A stretch of 64,000 nt of DNA from a virus. Taxonomy: Duplodnaviria; Caudoviricetes. The stretch is from positions 69,492-133,491 of IMG/VR virus record IMGVR_UViG_3300006139_000004, one strand, 5' to 3'. The notes beneath the pieces are model-generated. The model ran no database searches. It was not told where the DNA came from and saw only the letters and a program-made list of their open reading frames with translations. A program made the translations under genes and the position numbers. Positions within the stretch are counted from its first letter, which is position 1; the number at the start of each line of letters is the position of its first letter. Below, piece after piece: positions 1 to 11,518 of the stretch.

Positions 1-2
1 GT

Positions 3-944
3 CTTTATAATGCTTACCTCAAAGCCCACTATCCATATGAGTTCTACGAAGTGTTACTTCAAACATATTCAGACAAGGGGAAGAAAGATAAGGTCGCAGA
101 ACTCAAACAAGAAATGAGCAAGGCATTTGGTATTCGTGAGGGTGATTATCGGTTTGGCCTTGATAACAGAAAGTTCGTTGCTGATCCAGATAATCACACA
201 ATCTATCCTTCGCTGTTGTCTATTAAGGGCTTGAGCCAAGGGTGTGCCAATGATCTGTATTCACTTGGCAAAAAGAAGTTTAAGAATTTCTATGAACTCT
301 GGAAGGAACTCAAAAAGAAAAAGAGCCTGAATAGTGCAAAGATTAATACTCTTATCGAGATTGGCTATTTTGATGAGTTTGGTTCGATTGGTAAAATCAA
401 AAGATTTGTCGAAATCCTTGATAAGCTATATGAACGTTCACAATTTAGTAAGTCTGATCCTCCGAAGGAATTTATCTCTTATATCATGAAATATTCTGAG
501 GCCACAGACAAACAGTATCGAAAATTCGATTATGATGCAGCACTCAATGAAATTTGGAATGACTTAGATGATACTGAGATTTCATTTAATGAACGTTTGA
601 AGTATGAACTCAACAACATTGGCTATGTCAAAACCATAATGCCTGATATGTTACCTGATTACGCCTTTGTGCAGGAGTATGAATGTAAATATAAGAATCC
701 TAAACTGACGCTATATCGACTTTGTGATGGTTCTACAGAGGTTGTTAAGGTGCGCCGAAAAAAGTATGATGAAGCACCAATCAATGTTGGGGACATTATC
801 AAAACGCTGGAATGTTCAGATGAAGGCCGTTGGTCTAAGGACGAAAATGGTGACTGGCAGCAGAGCCAGACAGATCATGAATGTATCTTGAAGAAATGGT
901 CTTTCGTTAGGGATAATACTATTGAGGGAGGGGAACCAGCATGA
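3..944 (+). CDS. dnaE: DNA polymerase III alpha subunit, 3' part (5'-truncated by window)
   Basis: Frame is open from base 3: LYNAYLKAHYPYEFY (DnaE AYLKAHYP motif), then an HhH-like LLSIKGL and LIEIGYFDEFG. Confidence 0.85.
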   Translation, partial: LYNAYLKAHYPYEFYEVLLQTYSDKGKKDKVAELKQEMSKAFGIREGDYRFGLDNRKFVADPDNHTIYPSLLSIKGLSQGCANDLYSLGKKKFKNFYELWKELKKKKSLNSAKINTLIEIGYFDEFGSIGKIKRFVEILDKLYERSQFSKSDPPKEFISYIMKYSEATDKQYRKFDYDAALNEIWNDLDDTEISFNERLKYELNNIGYVKTIMPDMLPDYAFVQEYECKYKNPKLTLYRLCDGSTEVVKVRRKKYDEAPINVGDIIKTLECSDEGRWSKDENGDWQQSQTDHECILKKWSFVRDNTIEGGEPA

Positions 945-1117
945 AATGTCCTTACGGAAACGAACGTTGTCTGTGCGCTGATTGCACAGACAACGCAAAG
1001 TACGATGGTTGTGAGAAGGAATATTGTATTCATTGCTATGAGTGCGAAGATGCTCAAAAAGCTATTCATGACGTATACTTTTGTACTGGACATAGGAGGA
1101 TAGAAAGTGAGAACTAA
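941..1117 (+). CDS. Small Cys-rich protein (58 aa), not in ORF track
   Basis: ATGA overlap with the dnaE stop, GGAGG upstream; MKCPYGNERCLCADC...CIHCYEC...FC. Confidence 0.6.
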   Translation: MKCPYGNERCLCADCTDNAKYDGCEKEYCIHCYECEDAQKAIHDVYFCTGHRRIESEN

Positions 1118-1439
1118 AGACGAACTGTTCATGCTTGGGGAAGTTTCCACTTTACTTCAATATCTTTTTATGAGCGAAAAGCATACTATAATATTTAATA
1201 ATGGGCTTACTGATTTACAAATCAGAATGGATGAAAATTTCAATATTTGGTGTAGGAATTTGCAATTTCCTGATATTCCTGAATCTGATTTTTCTAAGCA
1301 GATGACAACATTATATATGCTTGGTGTCATTCAAATTCTTCAAAATACACCTCCAGTTGAATTTAAAAATGCGTTTGCAAATCGTTGGGAGAAAATCAAA
1401 CAAATCACCTTGGCTAATCTTGCTTTAAATAGAAAGTAG
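1107..1439 (+). CDS. Hypothetical protein
   Basis: AGGAGG before GTG; packed in operon. Confidence 0.6.
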   Translation: MRTKDELFMLGEVSTLLQYLFMSEKHTIIFNNGLTDLQIRMDENFNIWCRNLQFPDIPESDFSKQMTTLYMLGVIQILQNTPPVEFKNAFANRWEKIKQITLANLALNRK

Positions 1440-1450
1440 GTTAAAATGCA

Positions 1451-1714
1451 ATGGTGAGATTTAAAACGAAAGAGATTGATAGTTATTATGCTGCCAATTC
1501 AATTTTGAATTTCATTGATTATGCCGAATCTAATTTGCATAACATTGGCAGATATAATGGCTCATTATCATTATACCGCAAATGTTTGTATATTAGACGG
1601 GAAGATTCACTGTTTTATAAGTATGGAGAAGATAATACTGGCGATATTCAAAAATTAAAACAATTCATGCGTAGATGTTACCGTGAAATTAATCTGTGGA
1701 AGAAGGTATTTTGA
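1451..1714 (+). CDS. Hypothetical protein
   Basis: ORF in co-oriented gene run. Confidence 0.5.
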   Translation: MVRFKTKEIDSYYAANSILNFIDYAESNLHNIGRYNGSLSLYRKCLYIRREDSLFYKYGEDNTGDIQKLKQFMRRCYREINLWKKVF

Positions 1715-1715
1715 A

Positions 1716-2078
1716 ATGATTTATACCACATATTTTGCAAAACTGAAATCGTTACCTAAAGATATTGTGCCAATTAGCATTTGTGGCAAGGCTCCGAATA
1801 ACTACAATGGCCTCCAGTATAAAAAACTTGCACCAAAATATGATTTCTTTATGAAATGGAAAGAGAATCATGATAACGACTATTATATCTGTTGTTTTGA
1901 TAATCAAGTTCTTTCTGTGCTTAATCCTACACAGGTAGTTGCTGATTTAACTGCAATGGCAGCAGGACGTGATGTTGCTTTAGTATGCTATGAAAGGCCC
2001 AGAGATTTTTGCCATAGACATTTGGTAGCAGAATGGTTGCAAAAGAATGGCTATAATGTCCAAGAATGGAGTGCCTAA
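1716..2078 (+). CDS. DUF488-family protein
   Basis: MIYTTYFA start, YKKLAP, LVCYERPRDFCHRHLVAEWL (CYE...CHR motif). Confidence 0.7.
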   Translation: MIYTTYFAKLKSLPKDIVPISICGKAPNNYNGLQYKKLAPKYDFFMKWKENHDNDYYICCFDNQVLSVLNPTQVVADLTAMAAGRDVALVCYERPRDFCHRHLVAEWLQKNGYNVQEWSA

Positions 2079-2390
2079 ATGGGAGAAAATAAAAGTAGTG
2101 TTTTATACTATAATGGTAGGCCACTTAATATAAGTGAAATGCCTCCCATAACGTTTGATTCATGTGTAGATGGTGGTGATATAATCGGCACTTTTCCACA
2201 AAATAGAAATTGTTCATTTACAGCAACATTCAAACATTTAAAAATGAGCCGCAAGAAATTTGTTCATAATCTAATAAAACAAGGTTATTCTAAAAAAGTG
2301 GCTAAACAGTTGGCGTGGTATTGTAATGGAAAAGGGATTCCTTATGGTGCTGCTAACAATTTAATAGCTTTGGGTTTATCTGTGAGGTGA
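2079..2390 (+). CDS. Hypothetical protein
   Basis: Abuts both neighbours; GGAG upstream. Confidence 0.55.
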   Translation: MGENKSSVLYYNGRPLNISEMPPITFDSCVDGGDIIGTFPQNRNCSFTATFKHLKMSRKKFVHNLIKQGYSKKVAKQLAWYCNGKGIPYGAANNLIALGLSVR

Positions 2391-2926
2391 TTGGAATTTT
2401 AGAACTATACAAATATACTGATAAAGAAATTGACCAGCTTGTTAGGTCTATTGTAATTCTTACTGATACCAGAGAACAGAAGAACCAACATATTCTTGAT
2501 TGGTTTGATAAAAAGAAAATTCCCCATAAGACAAAAGCATTGTCAAATGGAGATTATAGTTTTTATGTTCCTGCTAATCCTGATCTGAATATTGATAGAG
2601 ATTTGTTCTTTGATAAAGAAATTATGGTAGAACGTAAAGGATCACTGGAGGAACTAAGCGGCAATCTTTCACAGCAGCGGGCAAGGTTTGAGGAAGAGAT
2701 GGCTACATATCCGGGCAAGAAGTATTTGTTAGTTGAGAACGCAAATTATCAAGATATTATCACGGGGAACTATGATACAAAGTTTTCAGCAAAAGCATAT
2801 CTTGCAAGCCTTCATACATTTAACCATCGTTATGATCTTCAGATGATGTTCATGCCTGATCCACAGTATTCAGGATACTTTCTGTACGGAGTGTTCACAT
2901 ATTTTCTCAGAAAAATTTTGCGGTAA
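2387..2926 (+). CDS. ERCC4/XPF-domain nuclease
   Basis: DTREQ, GDYS, VERKGSLEEL motifs. Confidence 0.85.
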   Translation: MIGILELYKYTDKEIDQLVRSIVILTDTREQKNQHILDWFDKKKIPHKTKALSNGDYSFYVPANPDLNIDRDLFFDKEIMVERKGSLEELSGNLSQQRARFEEEMATYPGKKYLLVENANYQDIITGNYDTKFSAKAYLASLHTFNHRYDLQMMFMPDPQYSGYFLYGVFTYFLRKILR

Positions 2927-5226
<2,300 letters not shown>

Positions 5227-5231
5227 AAGGC

Positions 5232-5259
5232 GAGGACGTGCGCTAAAACACACGTCCTC
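5232..5259. terminator. Hairpin terminator between convergent genes
   Basis: GAGGACGTG / CACGTCCTC stem; T-tract on - strand. Confidence 0.65.
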
Positions 5260-5269
5260 ATCAAGTAAA

Positions 5270-5563
5270 TTATTTCTTTTTCTCCGTATCAGCAACGGGT
5301 GTTGATTCAGGCTCGTCAAGGGAAATCCCTAATTTCTGAGCAATTTCCTCATTGCTCATTCCAGCCTCTTTTGCTTTTGAAATAAGGGCTTTCAGGCCAG
5401 CAGCTTTTGATGCACGTGGCTTTGGATTGAGAATGGTATTTTTCTTTGCCTCTAATTTTTGAATAGCGTCCTTATGTCCAGCAATCTTTTTGTCAATCTC
5501 GGCAATACGTTCTTCTGCTGGGCGGCGAACTAACTTGCGCTGTTTGTTTTCGGCTTCTGCCAT
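5270..5563 (-). CDS. Counter-oriented small basic coiled-coil protein (moron-like)
   Basis: AAGGAG RBS; own promoter and terminator; coiled coil then EEIAQKLG. Confidence 0.75.
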   Translation of the reverse strand: MAEAENKQRKLVRRPAEERIAEIDKKIAGHKDAIQKLEAKKNTILNPKPRASKAAGLKALISKAKEAGMSNEEIAQKLGISLDEPESTPVADTEKKK

Positions 5564-5599
5564 TATAGATCACTCCTTATCTCAAAATATGGCATTTGA

Positions 5600-5628
5600 A
5601 TTATAACACACTTCTTTTAATTTGTAAA
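5600..5628 (-). promoter_or_regulatory. Sigma-A promoter for 5270-5563
   Basis: - strand TTTACA-17 nt-TATAAT with extended TG. Confidence 0.7.
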
Positions 5629-5648
5629 TATGAAAGGTGAAAAATTTA

Positions 5649-6766
5649 ATGGGAGAATACACTTATACCAATGAGGACTTGATTAAAATGCAATCACGTC
5701 CTTTTAATACAAAGCTGCAAGTAACAACTGCAAAGTTCCTTGAGTTTTGTCAAAAGACTGAATATAATGTTTCCCTCTCATTTTCGGGGGGGCAGATAGT
5801 TCAGTTTTGTTAGATATGTTTGCAAAGTTTTGGTCATTGCATCGTGAACAGCATGGTAATAAACCCTTGCTTGTTATTTATGCAAATACAAGCAACGAAT
5901 TTGCGTCTATGCCAAAACACGTTAAATTCTTTTGCGAATATATTGAAAACAAATATGATATAAAAATTGATTTGCACATTGTACGAAGCAAGATTACTTT
6001 CTTTGATGTTGTAAAAACTGAAGGGTATCCAGTGGCAAGCAAGAAAGTTGCTCGAATGATCCGTGACGTAAAGGAATTTCTTGATGAAAGAGGTTTGAAA
6101 TATGAGGACGATATTGAACCGTATCTTGATCAGGGAATTGAAACAGCAAACTATTTGCGCTCTATTAACTGTCCTGCGACTATCGTATTAAGACTTTCTG
6201 GATACACCAGAGATAACAACATCTCAAAAACATGGTCAATTCCAAAGAAATGGAGATTTTTAATCAATGCGCCATTTCCAATTAGTGAACATTGTTGTGA
6301 TATTCTTAAAAAGCAGCCGATTAAACTTGTTCAAAAGGAAGTAAAAGCTAATCCTATTTATGGGACTTTAGCCGAAGATAGTCAAATGCGGCGAAATGCT
6401 TACTTAAAAACAGGCTGCAATGCTTTTAAAGATGGTCATGGTAAGTCAACTCCTATGGGATTTTGGACTCGACAGGATATATTAAGATACCTACATGATT
6501 TTAATATTCCCATTGCACCTCCATATGGCGAGATAGTTCAACTTGAAAATGGTAAATTTGAGTTTACCAAAGAACATAATACAGGATGTAAATTATGCTT
6601 GTTTGGTTGTCATTTAGAGAAAGAGCCAAATCGTATTCAGCGTTTAGCTGATATTGAGCCAAACACTTATAAGTTCGTGATGAAAAGTCGTGAGGAAGGT
6701 GGTCTTGGTTATCGTGAAGTAATGGATTATTTAGGAATACCTTATGAAAACAAAGGAGATACATGA
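5649..6766 (+). pseudogene. PAPS-reductase-family (PP-loop, Fe-S) protein, frameshifted at G7 tract 5786-5792
   Basis: ATG 5649 frame reads ...SLSFSGG; one more G gives SFSGGADSSVLLD joined to ORF 5807-6766 with CC and GCKLC motifs. Confidence 0.8.
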
Positions 6767-7325
6767 AAAGAGTTTTAACAGTTACAATCGCTTTTTAGCT
6801 TTAATATTTGGCATTGTGGTGGGTCTGATAACGACTCAAGAAAACAAGGTCGAAGAAGTGCAACCGATTCAATCAAGTGAGAAATGTCAATTAGTTCATA
6901 TTGATTCAACTATTCCTGTAATAGAACCTTTCTATACCACAATAGCAAATCATATTACAGAGAACGAACGTGAAACGCTTGCACGACTTGTATATCTGGA
7001 GGCCAGAGGACAATCTTATCTTGGTCAAAAGGCGGTTGTAGAAGTTGTATTGAATAGAGTATTGAGTGATGAATTCCCTAACACGATTGACGATGTAATA
7101 TATCAAAAGAATCAGTTTTCTCCTGCAAAATACATTGAAACAACTACTCCAACTCAAATTCAATATGACGTAGTTGATGAAGTTTTATCTGAGATTTATC
7201 CAGTTTTGAATACAAATGTGCTGTTCTTTTCAACGAAACAATATAATGATTTGCTCTATAAAAAGATTGGTGATCATTATTTTTGTTATTCTACAAAATC
7301 TTATGAAAAACAGAAAGGAAACTAA
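6763..7325 (+). CDS. SleB/CwlJ-like cell wall hydrolase (Hydrolase_2), apparent frameshift at T5 6792-6796
   Basis: LARLVYLEARG, VVLNRV, FPNTI, YQKNQFSP, IGDHYF; ATG 6763 has GGAG and an ATGA overlap. Confidence 0.8.
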
Positions 7326-7330
7326 CAACA

Positions 7331-7519
7331 ATGAAGCGCAATAATTATCCCAAGCGTAAAAACTCCGAGCAGATGGATGAGCCAAAGAAAGTCGTTAAGA
7401 TCAGTTGCATGGAGTGCGGGAGTTCTCATGGAACTATGCGAAAGATTAACGATCATGGCAAGAGAGGGTATCTTTGTGAGTATTGTTTTGCCGACTATCA
7501 GGCTGACAATGAATCCTAA
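7331..7519 (+). CDS. Small Zn-ribbon protein
   Basis: CMEC...CEYC; AAGGA RBS. Confidence 0.55.
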   Translation: MKRNNYPKRKNSEQMDEPKKVVKISCMECGSSHGTMRKINDHGKRGYLCEYCFADYQADNES

Positions 7520-7535
7520 TAACAATAAATACAAC
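7519..7535 (+). repeat. Leader motif copy 2 (before thyX RBS)
   Basis: ATAACAATAAATACAAC. Confidence 0.7.
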
Positions 7536-7553
7536 AATATAGGAGGCTGATTT

Positions 7554-8240
7554 ATGAAAGTTGTTTCCCCGGCATTTGATATTCTTACACCTATTGATGG
7601 TATTGAAATTTTGAAAACCATTGAGACAGTAGGCCGCACTTGCTATAAGAGTGAAGATAAAATCACTGATGATTCTTGTGTTAATTTTGTACAGGGCATT
7701 ATCAATCGTGGACATGAGGCTGTAATTGAACACTACAACATTACTGTTCGGCTGACAAATGATCGAGGCGTTTCCCATGAGGAAGTACGTCACCGTATTG
7801 CCAGTTATGCTCAAGAGTCTACACGGTATTGTAATTATGCCAAGGATAAATTCGGTAATGAGATTACATATATCGACATTCGGGGCGGCATGGAACTCGA
7901 TCCAAAGGTTAGCAAGTTGGATGTTGTCATTCAGTCTCAAATCTATGATGAGTGGGTAGAGGCTTGTTTAGATGCAGAGAAGCATTACAACAAAATGATT
8001 TCGCTTGGTGCTACACCTCAGATTGCTCGAAGCGTTCTCAACAACTCTACCAAGACCGAAATTTGCATCACTATGAATATCAGGGAGTGGAGGCATTTCT
8101 TTGACTTACGTTGTTCTCCCGCAGCACATCCGCAGATGAGAGAGATTGCCATTATGCTCCTGAAGGCGTTTAAGACGATGATTCCTGTTGTCTTTGATGA
8201 TCTGTACAAAAAGTATGTGACAGATGCCAAGACGGAGTAA
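7554..8240 (+). CDS. thyX: Flavin-dependent thymidylate synthase
   Basis: GHEAVIEH, RHRIASYAQESTRY, AHPQMRE. Confidence 0.95.
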   Translation: MKVVSPAFDILTPIDGIEILKTIETVGRTCYKSEDKITDDSCVNFVQGIINRGHEAVIEHYNITVRLTNDRGVSHEEVRHRIASYAQESTRYCNYAKDKFGNEITYIDIRGGMELDPKVSKLDVVIQSQIYDEWVEACLDAEKHYNKMISLGATPQIARSVLNNSTKTEICITMNIREWRHFFDLRCSPAAHPQMREIAIMLLKAFKTMIPVVFDDLYKKYVTDAKTE

Positions 8241-8745
8241 CAGATATATTGAGTGTGGGGATTACTACAAAATTGAATTGTATTATCCCCGCACCAATAG
8301 GGTATGTGATTACGCTCTTATTTCCAAAAGTGATAAAGAGATAGCAGAAAAAATTTTTTGGAGAAAGACAGAATATGGCTATGCCAGAGGCAAAAATCCA
8401 TCAACAGGCAAAGATGTTTTATTACATAAACACATTACTCAAACAACAAAAGAAACAGTAATTGATCACATCAATAGAAACAAACTTGATTGTCGCCGTT
8501 CAAACATGAGGATTGCTGATAGTCAAATCAATTCTTTGAACAGAAATCCTCCAAGAAACTCTTTGACTGGATATAAAGGTGTTTCGTTTGATGTGAGAAG
8601 TGGTAAATACAAGGCGTACATTAAAATTGATAGAAAGCAATTTAATCTTGGACTATTTGACACTCCAGAAAGAGCATATCAAGAACGAATGGATTTTGAA
8701 AGCAAATTAATGTATTGCCTAAGTAAAAATTGTAAGGGGGCATGA
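8224..8745 (+). mobile_element. Free-standing HNH-AP2 homing endonuclease
   Basis: DHINRNKLDCRRSNMR (HNH) plus TGYKGVSF...YKAYI...NLGLFDTPERA (AP2). Confidence 0.85.
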
Positions 8746-8746
8746 A

Positions 8747-9286
8747 ATGAAAGTAATTTTGATTTCCGGGAAGGCTCGACATGGCAAGGATACTCTTGCA
8801 GGAATGTTTAAAGATTATCTTGAAGATGAGGGTTATCGTGTGCTGATTGCACATTATGGCGATTTGGTTAAGTACGTCTGTGAGAAATTCTTTGATTGGG
8901 ATGGCAATAAAGACGAGGCTGGCAGAACTCTTTTACAGTATGTAGGTACAGATATTGTTCGTAAACAGAATGAAGATTTTTGGGCGAACTTTATCAAAGA
9001 CATTCTGACGATGTTTAGCCATGAATGGGACTATGTTCTTATTCCTGATACAAGGTTTGTTAATGAGGTAGAGTGTTTCAATGGGGACTTTGATTCAAGT
9101 CTTGTACGTATCTACCGTCCAAACTACGACTCTGGCCTGACACCGCAGCAGTTATCACATCCTTCCGAAACTGCTCTTGATGATTATAAGTATGATTGTT
9201 ACGTAGTTAATGATGGCGGTCTGCAAGACCTAAGAAATAAAGTCCCGGAAATTTTAAAGACTATCGGAGGTCTAAATGCGGGATAA
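8747..9286 (+). CDS. Deoxynucleoside-monophosphate kinase-like P-loop protein
   Basis: SGKARHGKDT, RTLLQYVGTD, DTRFVNE, HPSET. Confidence 0.75.
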   Translation: MKVILISGKARHGKDTLAGMFKDYLEDEGYRVLIAHYGDLVKYVCEKFFDWDGNKDEAGRTLLQYVGTDIVRKQNEDFWANFIKDILTMFSHEWDYVLIPDTRFVNEVECFNGDFDSSLVRIYRPNYDSGLTPQQLSHPSETALDDYKYDCYVVNDGGLQDLRNKVPEILKTIGGLNAG

Positions 9287-9815
9287 GAGAATCATTCTGT
9301 GTGATGCAGATGATACTATTGAGAATCTGTGTCAGATATGGGTAACATATCTCAATAGAATGTATGGAACGACTGTACATAGTAGTGAGATTGTTGATTG
9401 GAATGTAAGTCTATTTTTTCCATCACTGACAAAAGAACAGGTTTATGATCCGATTTTCAATAAGAATTTTTGGAAAGAAATCAATCCTATTGATGGCTGT
9501 TATAAGGTTCTTGAAGAAATTAACAAGCGAGATGAATTGTATATCATCACAGCAACCAACTATCAAACTTGTGATACAAAGATTGAAAGAATACTTGAAA
9601 TGTATCCGTTTCTCAAATGGTCGCAATTCATTATTACAGAAAGAAAGCAATTAGTGTATGGTGACTGGTTGATTGATGATGGGGTACACAACTTTGATGG
9701 CGGTGTTTATAAAGGAATTTTAATGAGTCAACCTCATAACAAAAACTTTAATGCTGAAGAAAATGGTCTTATTCGAGTTCATGGATGGGATGAAATCAGC
9801 AAAATTCTACTTTAA
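9276..9815 (+). CDS. 5'(3')-deoxyribonucleotidase (NT5C, HAD)
   Basis: DADDT, YIITA, LIDDG, QPHN. Confidence 0.8.
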   Translation: MRDKRIILCDADDTIENLCQIWVTYLNRMYGTTVHSSEIVDWNVSLFFPSLTKEQVYDPIFNKNFWKEINPIDGCYKVLEEINKRDELYIITATNYQTCDTKIERILEMYPFLKWSQFIITERKQLVYGDWLIDDGVHNFDGGVYKGILMSQPHNKNFNAEENGLIRVHGWDEISKILL

Positions 9816-9833
9816 CAAATTGGGAGGAACATT

Positions 9834-10271
9834 ATGAATTATATGGAAATGACAGGAGATTTGTTTGCTGTCCCACAGGGTTATTACCTTGCTCATTGTA
9901 TCTCTGGTGACTTCTCTCTTGGTGCCGGAATTGCAAAACAGTTCGATGAAGTTTATAATATGCGCTTTAAGTTGTTTAGGGACTATCCTTTTGAAGCAAA
10001 TGAAAAGTATGGATATGTAGGCAAGGCTCTCTTAGTGGACAATGTATTTAATCTTGTTACTAAGCCAAGACATTATCATCGTCCTGATTATGATACATTG
10101 CTTGATACCATCATTGATATGAGGGATCAATGTGAAAATCTAAATATTACTAAGTTGGCAATGCCTAAGATCGGTTCTGGCCTTGACAGGCTGGATTGGG
10201 AGAAAGTCAAAGAAATCATTCAGGATGTGTTTGATGACTCTGATATTGAAATCTTGATTTGTAGTCTGTAA
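9834..10271 (+). CDS. TARG1/OARD1-like macrodomain ADP-ribosylhydrolase
   Basis: GDLF, LAHCISGD, GAGIA, NLVTK, AMPKIGSGLDRLDW; TARG1 catalytic Lys and Asp positions present. Confidence 0.9.
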   Translation: MNYMEMTGDLFAVPQGYYLAHCISGDFSLGAGIAKQFDEVYNMRFKLFRDYPFEANEKYGYVGKALLVDNVFNLVTKPRHYHRPDYDTLLDTIIDMRDQCENLNITKLAMPKIGSGLDRLDWEKVKEIIQDVFDDSDIEILICSL

Positions 10272-10283
10272 AGAGGAATTGCC

Positions 10284-11501
10284 ATGACAGAGTATAAACC
10301 CCGATATTTAGTCATGGTTACTGCGTCTGCAAACAATAATAAGTATTATCGTCAAATTCCTAATGGTGATACATGGATTGCTGAATACGGTAGAGTAGGC
10401 AGCAATCCGCAGCGCAGAACTTATCCTATGAGTCAATGGGAGTCAAAGTACAAAGAGAAAATTAAAAAAGGATACGTTGATCAGACCGATTTAGCAGAAG
10501 ATTTAATGCAAGTAGAAAAGTCAAAGCAAAATAACAAGTATAAGGAAATTGAGAATAGGTCTATTGCTGAGATTGTAGAACGTCTACAAAACATGGCACG
10601 AAAAGCCATTAGTGATAACTATACTATCTCATCGAATAAAGTTACACAAGCAATGGTCGATGAAGCACAAAACATTCTAACAAGTTTGCTTGATGTGAAA
10701 GATGTTAGTAAGTTTAACGATATTCTATTAAAGTTGTTTACCACAATTCCACGTAAAATGAGTAATGTAAAATCGTTTCTCGCAATATCTGAAAATGATT
10801 TTGCAAGTATCATTGATAAAGAACAGAACTTGCTTGATGTTATGAGTGGTCAGGTTGTTCAACATCAAGTTATTGATGAAACTCCTGAAGAAGTCAAAAA
10901 GCAAGATTGTACCATTCTTGAACAACTTGGTCTTGAATTTGATGAATGTGACAACAAGGATATTGCAATTATTAAAACTGCTTTAGGTTCTTGTTCTGAT
11001 AAATTTTATCGTGCATGGAAAGTCAAAAATCTTAGAACACAGAAACGATATGATCAGTTCATTAAAGACAACAATATCAAGAATACTAAATTACTCTTTC
11101 ATGGGAGTCGCAATGAGAATTGGTGGTCAATTATTAATAGCGGCTTAGTCTTAAAACCTACCAATGCTGTTATTACTGGCAAGATGTTTGGCTATGGAAT
11201 TTACTACGCTCCTAAAGCAAGAAAGTCTTTAGGTTATACGAGCCTTTCAGGTAGCTATTGGGCGAAAGGAAATTCCAATTCAGGCTTTATGGCTCTTATG
11301 GATGTAGCATATGGCAAGCCTTATGATGTACATTCATTTGATAGTAAATATTATAATTTCAATTACGATGAACTGCAACGTGTTTGTAAAGGAGCAAATT
11401 GTTTACACGCACACGAAGGAAGTATGCTTCGTAACGATGAAATTATAGTATATAAAGAAGATCAGTGTACTATTCGGTATCTGATTGAACTGAAAAATTA
11501 G
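10284..11501 (+). CDS. PARP-like ADP-ribosyltransferase (WGR + helical + catalytic)
   Basis: NNNKYY..YGRVG..KKGY (WGR); LFTTIP helical domain; LLFHGS, GKMFGYGIYYA..KSLGY, NDEIIVY. Confidence 0.92.
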   Translation: MTEYKPRYLVMVTASANNNKYYRQIPNGDTWIAEYGRVGSNPQRRTYPMSQWESKYKEKIKKGYVDQTDLAEDLMQVEKSKQNNKYKEIENRSIAEIVERLQNMARKAISDNYTISSNKVTQAMVDEAQNILTSLLDVKDVSKFNDILLKLFTTIPRKMSNVKSFLAISENDFASIIDKEQNLLDVMSGQVVQHQVIDETPEEVKKQDCTILEQLGLEFDECDNKDIAIIKTALGSCSDKFYRAWKVKNLRTQKRYDQFIKDNNIKNTKLLFHGSRNENWWSIINSGLVLKPTNAVITGKMFGYGIYYAPKARKSLGYTSLSGSYWAKGNSNSGFMALMDVAYGKPYDVHSFDSKYYNFNYDELQRVCKGANCLHAHEGSMLRNDEIIVYKEDQCTIRYLIELKN

Positions 11502-11518
11502 AATGAAGAGGTGGTTCA

